This document shows, one piece after another, positions 10,838 to 23,519 of a stretch of DNA of 64,000 nt. How positions within the stretch are numbered: position 1 is the stretch's first letter; each line of letters begins with the position of its first letter. This DNA comes from Octopus sinensis. Lineage: Eukaryota. The stretch covers positions 24,676,001 to 24,740,000 of the forward strand of contig NC_043006.1 in NCBI RefSeq assembly GCF_006345805.1, given 5' to 3'. The notes beneath the pieces were generated by a model. The model saw nothing but the letters and a program-made list of their open reading frames with translations, had not been told where the DNA came from and made no database searches. Position numbers and translations under genes: made by a program.

Positions 10838-13000
10838 CTGAGAGAAAAAATAGAAAATGAAACTGAATTTGAGACTGCCCTAACTTCTATCATATTAAAA
10901 CTTTCCTTCAAAATTTCATGTTAATTTATGTACCAAACACCAGCTTTATAATGATAAATTCTTTATCTTAAAAACAAATTAAAACAAAGTTAGTGAAGTT
11001 TAACAGAAATATAACAAAAGGATTAAAGAAAGGACACACTGGATAATGTTCTATACATACTAGCTGAAAAGAAAGATAGCGTGATCAAGAGTGAAATACC
11101 TTTGATCATGATTGTTTAATCAGGGTTGATCTGTGGGCTAAACATATAATATGGTAATAACATTATCATGAATAAGAAATGCTCTAACAAACTTTCAGTT
11201 TAAACTAACGAGAAAGGAGAATGGCATATATTATGCATATCAATTTTTGATCTGAAGATATATTCTAAAATTGTGCATAAATCTGGAAGCATAATTCTAT
11301 ATGTACAATTGGTTCTTTTGCCTCATCAAATCTTTACTCCACTCTCTCATTCTCTTTTACTGATCTCTCCATCACTTACAAACAGCAGTGTTCTGCTGTT
11401 GTAATCAAATGAAGATAGAACTACATATTTTGATCATCTTTCCTGTGATAACATTTATCTTTATCACTATTGACAACCACTTCAATTACTTCCATTCTTC
11501 AGTGTAAAATGTGAGTGAAGAGGGACACTGAACCACTTCATGTTGATTTGTCCTTATCATCCTTATCTCTTACTCTCTCCATTCACACTCTTGCAACCTG
11601 CTCACATGTCATCTCTTTCTCTCTATCCTGCTGCTCTTCAGCCATCTGTACAATCAGCACCTCCCAAATTCATATGCATCATTGATTATCCCTCCACCAT
11701 TCACCCCTAAACCCATCCAACCACCAGTCATCATCTACTCTCCCCTACCTTTCATCTAACACATATTTTATCATACAAATCCCACTCTACCTTGCACCTT
11801 CAGTATATTCAGATCGCTATCCCATTCCTTGCCATTTCTTACTCTTTCCATACACACTTGCTACCTCTATCCAGCCTCCCTTTTTGTTCTTATCCCTCTT
11901 TATCTCTCTTTCCGGCTCCACACTGATTACCCCCACCCACTTTTGTACAATGTGAGCAGCCATGTATCTCTTTACAAAAAGAAACCTGATCTAGCCCTTC
12001 ATACTTTCACCTTTCAGCATCTAGCATAAATCTGCTTCCCTCTATAACGTGGTCCTGCTCAGCTGATAGGGATCTTAGTCATGTGAATTACATGGTGGCC
12101 TCACTAGTGCTGATGCCATGAGAAAAACACCCAGTACACTCTGTAAAGTGATTGGGACTAGAAAGGGAATTGAATCATAGACATTGTGCCAAAGCAGACA
12201 CTGAAGTACAATGCAATCCTCTGACCCATTGGACACCATCAAACTATCCAACCCATGCCAGTATGGAAGACAGATACTAAAAAACTATGATAATTTAATT
12301 TTTACTTTTATTAAATGGAATCTAATGGTAAAGTTAGCTAGTTGATGACAAAAACCAGTATGTTAAAAACCTGTAAATTATTTCTTTCCATTTCTTATAA
12401 TTAAGAGGGTTTTGAGATGCAGTAAAAAAGTAAATTTTCAAAATCCTGTCAAAAATAATGCCTTGATGATTCTAGCTGGAGTTGTAAGAATTATCAATAT
12501 TATGTATATGCCATAACCTTTTACTTCACTGGGTTTCTGCTAAAAGTTTTCATCTTCATCAATGTATCTATGATAAGTCAGTTAGGTAGAGCTCACCTTT
12601 CTCAGACCTATGCCCTCCTGATGATTTCAGATCAGCAGTACAATCTAACCAAAAAACTGTGTGTATTTCTCATGCAATGTATTTACAGTTAAGTAAGTGG
12701 GTAATTTAAAAATGTTAAGTAGGTTAGCCAGATAGTATATTACCAACAATAAGAGATCCACAATCAGCTCTTCACTCATATTAATTCCTCCAAGTTTGCA
12801 ATTTCAGATAAGCTACAGGGTTTTACATAATAGATGTTTCAAGTAAAGCCCTTTATTGGAGAGAGAACATTTTTTTATCTTTTACCAATTTTACCAATTT
12901 TATGAAATGACTTTTGCTGATGCAGATCATCATTTGTTCAAATGAACTCTGTTTTTTAACTGCAAATTACCAAGAATAACTCAAAGCAAGTAAAACTTAC

Positions 13001-13118
13001 CCGAAATGAGATTTCCAAGTTTTCTCCACCCCAAAGATCCATGCCAGCATCATATTTTCCCATCTCATTAAAGTAATCACGTTCAATGGCAAACAAACCT
13101 CCAACCATTGTTGGTGTT
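13001..13118 (-). CDS. GALNT11: GALNT11-like coding exon 6 (Gal/GalNAc-T motif)
   Basis: tacag|[39 protein letters not shown]|gtaagt. Confidence 0.96.
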
Positions 13119-13706
13119 CTGTATGTGAAATAAGAAGTTAATTAATTCTGAAAATTTATCTTTATGAAGATAGGAAACATTCTTCTGTACAGAAATATAT
13201 TATTGATCAGTTAAGTATTCCATTGCTTGCTAATGAACTGTAAGTTCAAATTTATTAGACATTTCATTGTGCAGGACATCATATTCTATGTATCAAGTTG
13301 TCAGGAACAGATACTAGAATTTCAGGTAATATTAAATGTAACAGATTGATATTCTGGCTAAGAAAGACTTATCAGTCTTAGTCAGGAGGTTTGAATGCAG
13401 CAATATTGATTCAAAGATTGGTACAAAACATATAAGGGAAAAAAATAAAGAAGACAAGATGAAATTAATTTTTTTAATGATCTGCCTATTTTTTAAAAGC
13501 AGACAGCAGTAATAAGTAATGGATGGACTCCTATAACAAAACAAAAATATTAGCAAACTTTATAGAGATGAGACATATTTCTAGCACTTGCAAGCTGATG
13601 CTTTTTTTGAGTTATCATAATATTAATATCCAGAGAGTAAATGCTTCTAAACAATGTTCTTTGTATTAAGCTATACCATAAGCATTTACAAATATGATTC
13701 TAAATA

Positions 13707-13940
13707 TATTATTTAAATTTGACGGATATTTGTCCTCATCTTGTTTGTTGGTAACACAACGTTTCGGCTGATATACCCTCCAGCCTTCATCAGGTGTCTT
13801 GGGGAAATTTGGAACCTGAGTTCTCATTCCTGAGGAGGAGGAGGAGCTTCTTCTTCTTCTTCTTCAGGTCACTGGCTGGAATCAAACTCGGAATCTTGGA
13901 GTTAGTAGCCTGTGCTCTTAACCACTATGCCATATACCTG
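13707..13940 (-). mobile_element. tRNA-headed SINE-like element with hammerhead motif, copy C, 12-bp TSD
   Basis: TGATTCTAAATA at 13695-13706 and 13941-13952; tRNA-like head, (GAA)n(CCT)n linker, HHR core. Confidence 0.85.
13753..13798 (-). ncRNA. Minimal type I hammerhead ribozyme motif (Penelope-type), intact core
   Basis: GACAC-CUGAUGA-A-GGCUG(GAGGGUAUAU)CAGCC-GAAA-C-GUU/GUGUU: stem I, stem II, palindromic ACGU stem III; predicted cut after 13758. Confidence 0.75.
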
Positions 13941-14367
13941 TGATTCTAAATAGTTTTAACAGTTCTTGGTGGGAATTAAATTACTTTAAAAAAAAAAAAT
14001 AGATAACCAAATAATCTAAGATTTAATGATAAGGCACAATAGCTACAAAGTCAAAATTATAATCTTCTGATCATGTGGCATGATTTCAAAGGTGATTACC
14101 AAAAAAGAAAAAAAAAGAAAAAAATGCACAACATAATCCAACTCAGTTTGTCTGTCTGACAACAGTTTCTATTCCTAATGCTCAGTTATATGCTGACCAA
14201 TAGGAAGAGAATCCAATTGTAAAAACAATTACAGTATCACTCCACCCAGAGTAAAGCAAGCATAGCAAAATATATTTAAAACAAACAAATGAACAAAAAC
14301 TGTTGGAGGGAATTTCATTTTGCATAATGTAAGAAGTTTGACTGGGAATAAATAAAATTATACACAC

Positions 14368-14606
14368 GGAATTGGTGCAGCAGGGGAGACTTTGTCGAAC
14401 TTTGGTGGTAATCGGTCCCATTGGTAATGTAAGCCCCAGTTGAAACCACCACGTACCCGAGGTGACGCAGTATAATCAAATGTATTACAGTTGATTGTGT
14501 CTACAAATGGGATGGTAACAGTTTTACGATCTTTGGCGATAGGAGATAGAAGTGGAGGTAACCAACCAACATTTACTTCAATATGGCTATCCAGAAATAT
14601 CAGAAC
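14368..14606 (-). CDS. GALNT11: GALNT11-like coding exon 5 (DxH Mn-binding motif)
   Basis: ttttag|VLIFLDSHIEVNVGWLPPLL...VRGGFNWGLHYQWDRLPPKFDKVSPAAPI(P)|gtgtgt; VRGGFNWGLH is GALNT11/pgant35A-like. Confidence 0.95.
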
Positions 14607-14868
14607 CTAAAATGTAAAGCAAAATAACTGCAACTTTAAAAGATTGCAATTCTAATTTATTCAGTTTCTTTTAATCAGTAATTAACAAAAATTTTAATCT
14701 TAAGTTAATATGACCATATGAATAAGAGTGGTATACCATTTTTATGGTATGCTCCAATTTCATTTGGATATTATTTAGAAACTCACTATAATAATCCAGT
14801 TAAAATTACTGATCTTTAAATATGAATCTCACAATGAGCTTTTACATTGAAAAAAATTAATACAATAC

Positions 14869-15270
14869 AGGCACAGGAGCGGCTGTGTGGTAAGTAGCTT
14901 GCTAACCAACCACATGGTTCCAGGTTCACTGCCACTGTGTGGCATCTTGGGCAAGTGTCTTCTGCTATAGCCCCGGGCCGACCAATGCCTTGTGAGTGGA
15001 TTTGGTAGACGGAAGCTGAAAGAAGCCTGTCGTATATAAGTATATATATATATATATGTGTGTGTGCGTGTTTGTATGTCTGTGTTTGTCCCCCTAGCAT
15101 TGCTTGACAACCGATGCTGGTGTGTTTACGTCCCCGTCACTTAGCGGTTCGGCAAAAGAGACCGATAGAATAAGTACTGAGCTTACTAAGAATAAGTCCC
15201 GGGGTTGATTTGCTCGACTAAAGGCGGTGCTCCAGCATGGCCACAGTCAAAATGACTGAAACAAGTAAAA
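14869..15270 (+). mobile_element. Bipartite tRNA-derived SINE, near full length
   Basis: ggcacaggagcggctgtgtggtaag head, microsatellite linker, conserved tail. Confidence 0.85.
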
Positions 15271-15430
15271 AAAAAATATGTTGAAAATATTACATCTTTG
15301 TCAATGAAGGTGCATTGTAATCCCCCAAGTCCATTTTAATTCTGCTAACCTAAGGCTTTAATATGTTGTAAAAGGTTCCTTTTACCTGGTTTCTGAATGG
15401 AAAATATAGAAAAGTGTAGATGTTTAATAC

Positions 15431-15543
15431 CTGACCAGTAGCTTTTGAAGCTCCAAATAAACGTGCTCTGATTAAACCTTCACGTCTTGTTGTTCTGAAA
15501 ACTTTCACATTGGGAAATATCTCTTTCAGGTCAGTATGATCAG
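15431..15543 (-). CDS. GALNT11: GALNT11-like coding exon 4
   Basis: tgcag|(P)DHTDLKEIFPNVKVFRTTRREGLIRARLFGASKATGQ|gtatta; REGLIRAR motif. Confidence 0.93.
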
Positions 15544-16039
15544 CTGCACAAAGAAGATTTGGTACATCTTAAAAATTACAGTTTCTACTAACATCAATAT
15601 TAACAATTTCTTCGATGTAATTCTAAATATAAACAAAGAAAAATTCAATGAAACTTTAAAACATTATCTTTAAGTCCATAATTTTAAAAAAATCTAGTAA
15701 ACATTAATGAACAAATCTGTGATATATCCTCTGATAAAAGAGTATTTTAATCATCATCATCATTTAATGTCTAGTTTCCACGCTAGCATGAGTTGGACAG
15801 GTTGACAGGAGCTGGCCAGCTGAAGAGCTACACAAACTCCATTTGTCTGTTTTCGCATAGTTTCTACAGTTGGATGCCCTTCCTAACACCAACCACTTTA
15901 TAGAGTGTGCTGGGTGCTTTTATGTGGCACAAGCACAGGCACTTTTACATGGAACTAGCATGGATTTTCTTATGTGGCACTGGCACACCTGAGCCGGTGA
16001 GCAGTTGATGCCAGCACAATTTTTCTAAGCTTTTTGATT

Positions 16040-16980
16040 TTTGTGTAGTTTCAGATCATTAAAATGGAATGTGAAGTGGACAAAATGGAGCATCTTTGAT
16101 ACTATTTACTTTTTGCATTTAATAGAGGTGTTAAGGCTGCCGAAACTGCTCGTGAGATTTATGTTGTGTATGGAGAAGAAGCAATGCCCTTTAAAATAGG
16201 GAATTTTGACCTCAAAGATGGATCACATACCAGTCGACCAGTTAAGTTTGAAGAAGAGTGATTGAATCTTCTTCACAAAAATTCACATCAAACAACCAGA
16301 GAATTGGCGGGGCAGAAGGATTGTGATCAACCACCTTCACTCAATGGGCAAGGTTCAGAAACTCAGCACCTGAGTGCCACACACTTTGAGTGAAAACAAC
16401 AAAAATCAACACTCTAAAATCACCGCTAGTTTACTTGCCAGACATTGCTCAACATATGGTCACAATCAGCATTTTGTTTACTCTATTGTCACCTGTGATG
16501 AAAAATGGTGCCTTTAAGTCAATATGAAACAGCAAAAAGAAAGGCTCAGCTCTGACCAACAGGTGACTCCATGAGCAAAACAAAACCTTCATCCTTGAAA
16601 GAGGATGTTGTGTATATGGTGGTACTGGAAAGGCACAATTCATTATGAACTGCTTGAACACAACCAAACACTCAATGCAGAACTCTACGTTCAACAACTG
16701 CACCAATTCAACAATGTAATTCAGCAAAAAAAGACTGAACAGGTGAAATGGCATTCTTCTGCAACATGACAACACCTGTCCTCACATCACTGTAATCAAA
16801 GCCGCAATTCAAGAACTTGAATGGGAAGTGCTGCCTCATCCTCCATACTCTCTAGACTTGGTGCCATCAGATTTTCATCTCTTTCGACTGCTTTGTATCA
16901 TTCAATAATGACATGGAATTGAGGGCTTGGTCAGACGAATTCTTTGTGTCAAGACTGGGAGATTTCTATTATTAATATTA
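16040..16980 (+). mobile_element. Decayed mariner (DD34D) transposase
   Basis: VKAAETAREI, IVTCDEKW, ELLEHNQTLNAELY, WEVLPHPPYS.DL.PSDFHLFR. Confidence 0.85.
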
Positions 16981-16987
16981 TTATCTA

Positions 16988-17210
16988 AGGTGGCGAACTG
17001 GTAAAACCATTAACGTGTTGGGCAAAATGCTTACTGGCATTTGGTTCATCTTTACATTCTGAATTCAAATTCTGCCGAGGTTGACTTTGTATTTCATCCT
17101 TTTGGGAGTTGATAAAATAAGTACCATCTGGACACTGGAGTCAATGTAATTGACTTACTCCCACCCATCAAATTGCTGGCCTTATACCAAAATATGAAAC
17201 CATTATTATT
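16988..17210 (+). mobile_element. Second tRNA-derived SINE family; other copies at 34250-34720 (nested pair) and 43313-43530
   Basis: ggtggcgagctggcagaa..ttccgccgaggtcgactttgcctttcatcc..aagtaccag consensus seen in several copies. Confidence 0.8.
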
Positions 17211-17606
17211 ATGTTGTTATATTACTAATGTTAATTCTAATGCTTCACCTTATGGCAATATTCTTGCACTTGTTTCTCTCTCCTTCAAGATCACCGGCTG
17301 TTCATCTCCATGAAAGGTGAAAGACTGAATGTTTGCAGTGCACCTACTTATTGCTACCCCAACCACTTATACTAGAAGTCTTCCTCTCTCTCTCATATTT
17401 TTCTCAGTTTGTAGCAAGTTTCCACCTCCATTTCCTATGTCTGTACTCACACCATATCAGGCCACTAGGTCCGTGCCAGCACTAGCAACAGTTGTCACAG
17501 TCTCCTCTCATCACAATAATTACTCATCATTGCATTTGGATCATACTCTATTTGTTTCACTTTATTTTATTAATAATACTTGTGCAGCACCTAATATATC
17601 ATCATC

Positions 17607-19313
17607 ATCATCATCATCATTTAACGTCCGCTTTCCATGCTAGCATGGGTTGAACAGTTCAACTGGGGTCTGGGGAGCCCGAAAGCTGCACCAGTCCAGT
17701 CAGATCTGGCAGTGTTTCTACAGCTGGATGCCCTTCCTAACGCCAACCACTCCGAGAGTGTAGTGGGTGATTTTATGTGCCACCGACACAGGTGCCAGAC
17801 GAGGCTGGCAAACGGCCACGCTCGGATGGTGTTTTTTATGTGCCACCGACACAGGTGCCAGACGAGGCTGGCAGACGGCCACGCTCGGATGGTGTTTTTA
17901 TGTGCCACCGACACAGGTGCCAGATGAGGCTGGCAAACGGCCACGATCGGATGGTGCTTGTTACGTGCCCACAGCACGGAGGCCAGTCGATGCGGTACTG
18001 GCTACGGCCACGTTCGGATGGTTTTCTTGTGTGCCACGTGCCACCGGCACTGGTACCACAAAGATACAAATTCCATTGATGTTCATCTATTTTGATTTGT
18101 TTTGATTTGATTTTCACTTGCCTCAACAGGTCTTCACAAGTGTCACAAGAAGGAAGGTATGCACAGGTGGACTGACTACGTCCCAGGTAGGGGCCATGGG
18201 TTATGGCCTGACTAGTCTTGCCGGGTCTTTGGATGGTGTTTTTATGTGCCACCGACACAGGTGCTAGATGAGGCTGGCGAACGGCCACGATCGGATGGTG
18301 TTTGTCATGTGCCCCCGCACTGACTACAGCACTGATGGATTTCTTGTGTGCCACAGGCACTGGTACCACAAGATACAAATTCCATTGATGTTCATCTATT
18401 TTGTCTATTTTGATTTGATTTGATTTGATTTTTTGATTTTCACTTGCCTCAACCGGTCTTCACAAGTGTCACAAGAAGGAAGGTATGCACAGGTGGACTG
18501 ACTAGTCTTGCCGGGTCTTCGGAAGGTGTTTTTATGTGCCACCGACACAGGTGCCAGATGAGGCTGGCGAACGGCCATGATCGGATGGTGTTTGTTACGT
18601 GCCCACAGCACGGAGGCCGGTCGATGCGGAACTGGCTATGGCCACGTTCAGATGGTTCTCTTGTGTGCCACCGGCACTGGTACCACAAAGTGTGTGCCAC
18701 CGGCACTGGTACCACAAAGATACAGATTCCATTGATGTTCATCTATTTTGATTTGTTTTGATTTTGATTTTGATTTTCACTTGCCTCAACAGGTCTTCAC
18801 AAGTGTCACAAGAAGGAAGGTATGCACAGGTGGACTGACTATGTCCCAGGTAGGGGCCATGGGTTATGGCCTGACTAGTCTTGCCGGGTCTTCGGATGGT
18901 GTTTTTATGTGCCACCAACACAGGTGCTAGATGAGGCTGGCGAACGGCCACGATCGGATGGTGTTTGTCATGTGCCCACAGCACGGAGGCCAGTCGATGC
19001 GGTACTGGCTACGGCCACTTTCGGATGGTTTTCTCTTGTGTGCCACCGGCACTGGTACCACAAAGATACAAATTCCATTGATGTTCATCTATTTTGATTT
19101 GTTTTGATTTGATTTTGATTTTGATTTTCACTTGCCTCAACAGGCCTTCACAAGTATCACAAGGAGGAAGGTATGCACAGATCATCGTTTAACGTCCGTT
19201 CTCCATGCTAGCATGGGTTGGACGGTTCGACCGGGGATCTGGGAAGCCAGAAGGCTGCACCAGGCTCCGGTCTTATCTGGCAATGTTTCTACAGCTGGAT
19301 GCCCTTCCTAAAG
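17607..19313 (-). mobile_element. RTE 3'UTR complex with four tandem 325-350-bp units and a second truncated tail
   Basis: (CAT)n tails at about 17607 and 19184; ttcacttgcctcaac landmark at about 18113, 18438, 18776, 19127. Confidence 0.85.
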
Positions 19314-21344
19314 CCAATATATAGATGTACATAGTGGTTTTACTTATCTTATAATAAACTTTTTAATACTGTTTGATAGTTATATATAATTATTAAAAAA
19401 AATTATAAATATGAATATAAATTAATAATTTTAAATTTAAATAATTTAAATTTAAAATTTTATATTTTATATATTTTGTAAATTATATTATTTTTATTTT
19501 TATGTTTTTGTTTATGTTTTTCACTGTTTGATTTGCCTAATAGTGGTTTTATCTCTAATTTAATTTATATATATATATGTGTGTGTGTATGTGTGTATAG
19601 AATAATGACTAAATGATGGAAAGTTTAATGCAAGGGAAAAATTAATCATGCTTGTAAATCTACTATCTGCTGGCCGGGTATAGCCCAACTTCTCTTATTC
19701 CTCACTGGTACAGATGCAGCTAGAATGAGTAGCTTTACCATAGAAGACAGGACTCCTTCTTATATAAGCTCTAAAACATTAGGGAAGTAACTTCAAACAT
19801 AGTCACAATGAAAAATAGGCCTAGCAAAATTGTAGAGATGCTGGAGTAGAGATGAGTGGATGTGCATCATGCACAAGAGGTAAGACGGAGGGGATCTTCA
19901 ACCAAACTTCCCAGCAATTCAAACACTTCTGAGTGAGCAATAGTGATAGCAGGAGTGGAGTACTGTTAGCTGAGAGAGAGGATAGATAAGGTAATAGAGG
20001 TAGTCAGGGTGTGTGATAGGATTATTAAGTTAAGACTAACCAATGGCAACACAAAAGCAACATTTATTTCAGCATATGTCCCACAAGCAGGACTACTAGA
20101 AGAACAGAAGAATATTGTGTTCAATAAGGAAGACTGAGGTGGTATGGTCATGTGATGCATATAAATAAGAATAGCTGAATAAAGAGGTTGCTGTTCGTTT
20201 AATGTGGCTGGAACCTGTAGAAGAGGATGACCCAGGAAGACATGGGATGAAGAGGTGAAAGCTGACCATAGGACCTTGAACCTGACAGATGAAATGACAA
20301 AGGGCTGGGATCTCTTGTGATAAGAGGTTCTCAAAAATACCAGCCTACCTCAGCAAAACTAAGTTCTGGAAGCACTATATTTTGGGTTGTCCACTCATAA
20401 CAAAGACTTTCCTCATGCACTATGTCTATCTCGTCCCCCTCCCCCCAGCAACTGTATCATCCTTACTATTCCTGCTACTTGTGGTCCCCACCTCTTCTGG
20501 ATCTTCAATCATCTTTCTTTCAATCTTCCCCATACAATCTTAGAAACTACTCATCCACCCTTTCCTACATGGCTTGTGCATTGTGGGGATACCCGAGCAC
20601 CTTATCACCATTATCAATGTCTTGCAGTTCCTACCGCTCATTCTTCTCCACCCCAATCCCTCAGCTGGAACCTACTCTGCCCCAACTCTCTCATACTAAT
20701 TCCCTCATCCACTAGCATGAAGCTGATCCATCACTGACCTCTAGGCTTGTAGTCCTGTGAACTGCATAGCCACCTCAATAGTAGCATGAAAAAAGCACCC
20801 AGTTGTAAAGTGTTGGTGTTAGGAAGGGCATCCATGTAAAACCATATCAAAGCAGATGTGGAATCTCAATGCATTCTTTGGACACATCAGTTCCTGTCAA
20901 ACTGTCCAACCCATGTCAGTATGAAACATGGATGTTAAATGATAATGATGATGGTGATGTAGATATTTGAAGCCTTTACCTACATAAAATCTGAAAATTT
21001 TCACTGCGAAGCTATGAGAGGTTATGTTATTCATTATGTGTGTAAGCATGGCTGAATAGTTAATAAGTTAATTCTGAAACTACATACTTTTCATTGAGTG
21101 GCACCTTCAGACAGTGTTTTCAACCATATCTTCAAGTTGACCAAAGCCTTATGCATGAAACACATCACACACACAAATGCATGCATGCACACATGTGCAT
21201 GTGTGCGCATGCACACACACACACACACATTGATGTGGGTACGAGATGAAAAATATATGAATTGAACAAAAAGTCTATGACATTTTTTTTTTTTACTGCA
21301 GTTAAGTCTAAAGTCAACAGTATAAAAGAACAAATATTGCTTAC

Positions 21345-21511
21345 GTTGACTGCTGAAGTCATCAACAAGTATTATTTCATGAATCATTTCCGGAGGAGAC
21401 CTTTTCATCACAGTATTAACTGACCGATATAAAGTTGATCGTGCTTCATTATAGAAACATAAAATTACACTTGCTTTGAGTGGCACTTGTAAATGGATTA
21501 CTTTTGGACAC
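21345..21511 (-). CDS. GALNT11: GALNT11-like coding exon 3 (GT-A fold start)
   Basis: ttcag|..[55 protein letters not shown]|gtaagc. Confidence 0.95.
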
Positions 21512-22139
21512 CTGAAATAGAAGATGCAAGAAAAAGAAAGCAAAGATTTAATCCAAATAATAGCAATGTTGATTTCTTTTGACTAATCTAAGAGTCCACA
21601 GAAAAAGAGGTGGATGCATTGCTGTACTGAGTTCAGTCCTTTAGTTTCCTGAATTCAAATAAATATGGATGTATTTTTGAGAGGCATTCCATGGTTCTAT
21701 GTTACAAACAACTTATTTAAATAAATAATTTTTTATATAATTTCAGAACTTTCCCAGATAGCAGTCATTTCTACATTGGCATACATAATTTATTTAAAGC
21801 AATGCAACAACCACTTTTTTATTATTTATTCAAGAATTTCCTGATATTTCTCCTTCTTTTTATCCAATATTTTGGCAAAAGGTTACTGAGATATGGAGTT
21901 GTGCAGGAGCAGGATATGAAATGAGTTACCTTAATAATACAGTAATCAAATGATTTTTAGGTACACAAAGGGTAGAAGACGGATTTGTGGAAGAGAGAAA
22001 AAAAAAATCCCAGCAATATAGGTAAGTGTAAATACTAGCTAACTTCTGTCAACAGTTCTGAATGTAAAATGATTCATCTTCATCACCAAGATCATCAGTG
22101 TAGAAAGAGTTTGAAAGTAATGAAAATTATATTCAATGG

Positions 22140-22800
22140 GGAGAGGAACACCCAGGAAGACATGGGATGAGGTAGTCAAGCATGACCTCAGAACGTTGGG
22201 CCTCACTGAGGCAATGGCGAAGGACCGAGATCTCTGGAGATGTGCTGGGACTACAAAGACCCGGGATGCTTCCGGCACCAGTTCCGCATAGTCCCTGCCC
22301 ATTCAAAGTACCTTGGATCTCGGAACATCTCGCTGTGCTTGAGGAGACCTGTTGAGTCAAGTGCATGTACATGAACATCGAAACAAATATCAATGGAAAT
22401 AGTAGTTGTGATACCTGTGCCGGTGGCACATAAAAAGCACCATCCGAATGTGGCCGATGCCAGCGCTGCCTCGACTGGCTTCTGTGCCGGTGGGACATAA
22501 AAAGCACCATCCGAAAATGGCCGATGCCAGCGCCGCCTTGGCTGGCTTCCGTGCCAGTGGCACGCTAAAAGCACCAACCGATCGTGGCTGATGCCAGACC
22601 CCCCCTGGCACCTGTGCAGGTGGCACGTAAAAAGCACCCAATACACTCGCGGAGTGGTTGGCGTTAGGAAGGGCATCCAGCTGTAGAAACACTGCCAGAT
22701 CAGACTGGAGTCTGGTGCAGCCCTGGCTTCCCAGACCCCGGTCGAACCGTCCAACCCGTGCTAGCGCGGAAAACGGATGTTAAACGATGATGATAATGAT
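22140..22800 (+). mobile_element. 5'-truncated RTE LINE
   Basis: PRKTWDEVVKHDLRTLGLTEAMAKDRDLW, then 3'UTR and (GAT)n. Confidence 0.85.
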
Positions 22801-23283
22801 GAAATCACTAAAAGATGATAGTATTTTCACTTCTGGTGGGACAAGGTGAAGAGGAAATCATGATTCAAGGGATGTTGCAAACCACTACTTCAGTCCCTTA
22901 AGCAGTTCAGTTGAGTGAGCCTCTCAAAGTCCTAAACTAATCATAAATGAGAATAGAATACAAAATTATGTGACAACAAATAAAATAACCTCCCAAGACA
23001 TAACCCATGAGGTTAGAAAGTTGCCCAATCTCATTCTCTTATGAGTAAATATTCATTTACACTGAAGTATAATATTTTTTGATAATGAGGTAAAGCTTTA
23101 TCTAATTTAAAGTTTCATTATGCTATGTAGATGAAATAAAACACCAGATTATACAATGGTAGTAAAAGCAGTTTAAAACAAGATTAACCATGTAGATAAA
23201 ATCAAGTTAAATAGAAATTAAAATGAAGAAGATGCAATATTGATTGATAACTCCTGATATAACAATAATACTGAAATACTTAC

Positions 23284-23365
23284 TCGGGGGGACGAGTATC
23301 TGGTAAATTTCTGATCAAGCCAATTCGATTACTTATCAATACATTGAAAGCATAGAGACGATAAC
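23284..23365 (-). CDS. GALNT11: GALNT11-like coding exon 2
   Basis: ttttag|(G)YRLYAFNVLISNRIGLIRNLPDTRPP(E)|gtaagt; matches the GalNAc-T AFN..SDR...R..PDTR motif; phases 1/2 fit neighbours. Confidence 0.93.
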
Positions 23366-23519
23366 CTAAAAACATACAAATAAAAAGAAATTAACAACAA
23401 ATTATACAAATTGATAGTGTCATGGGATAGCAGTTGCTTATCTTCTTTAAGTTCTTGAAAAAGAAAATTTCTTTTGATAATTAATTAAAAATAGGGGTAT
23501 CAAGCTGCTGGATCAGGTA

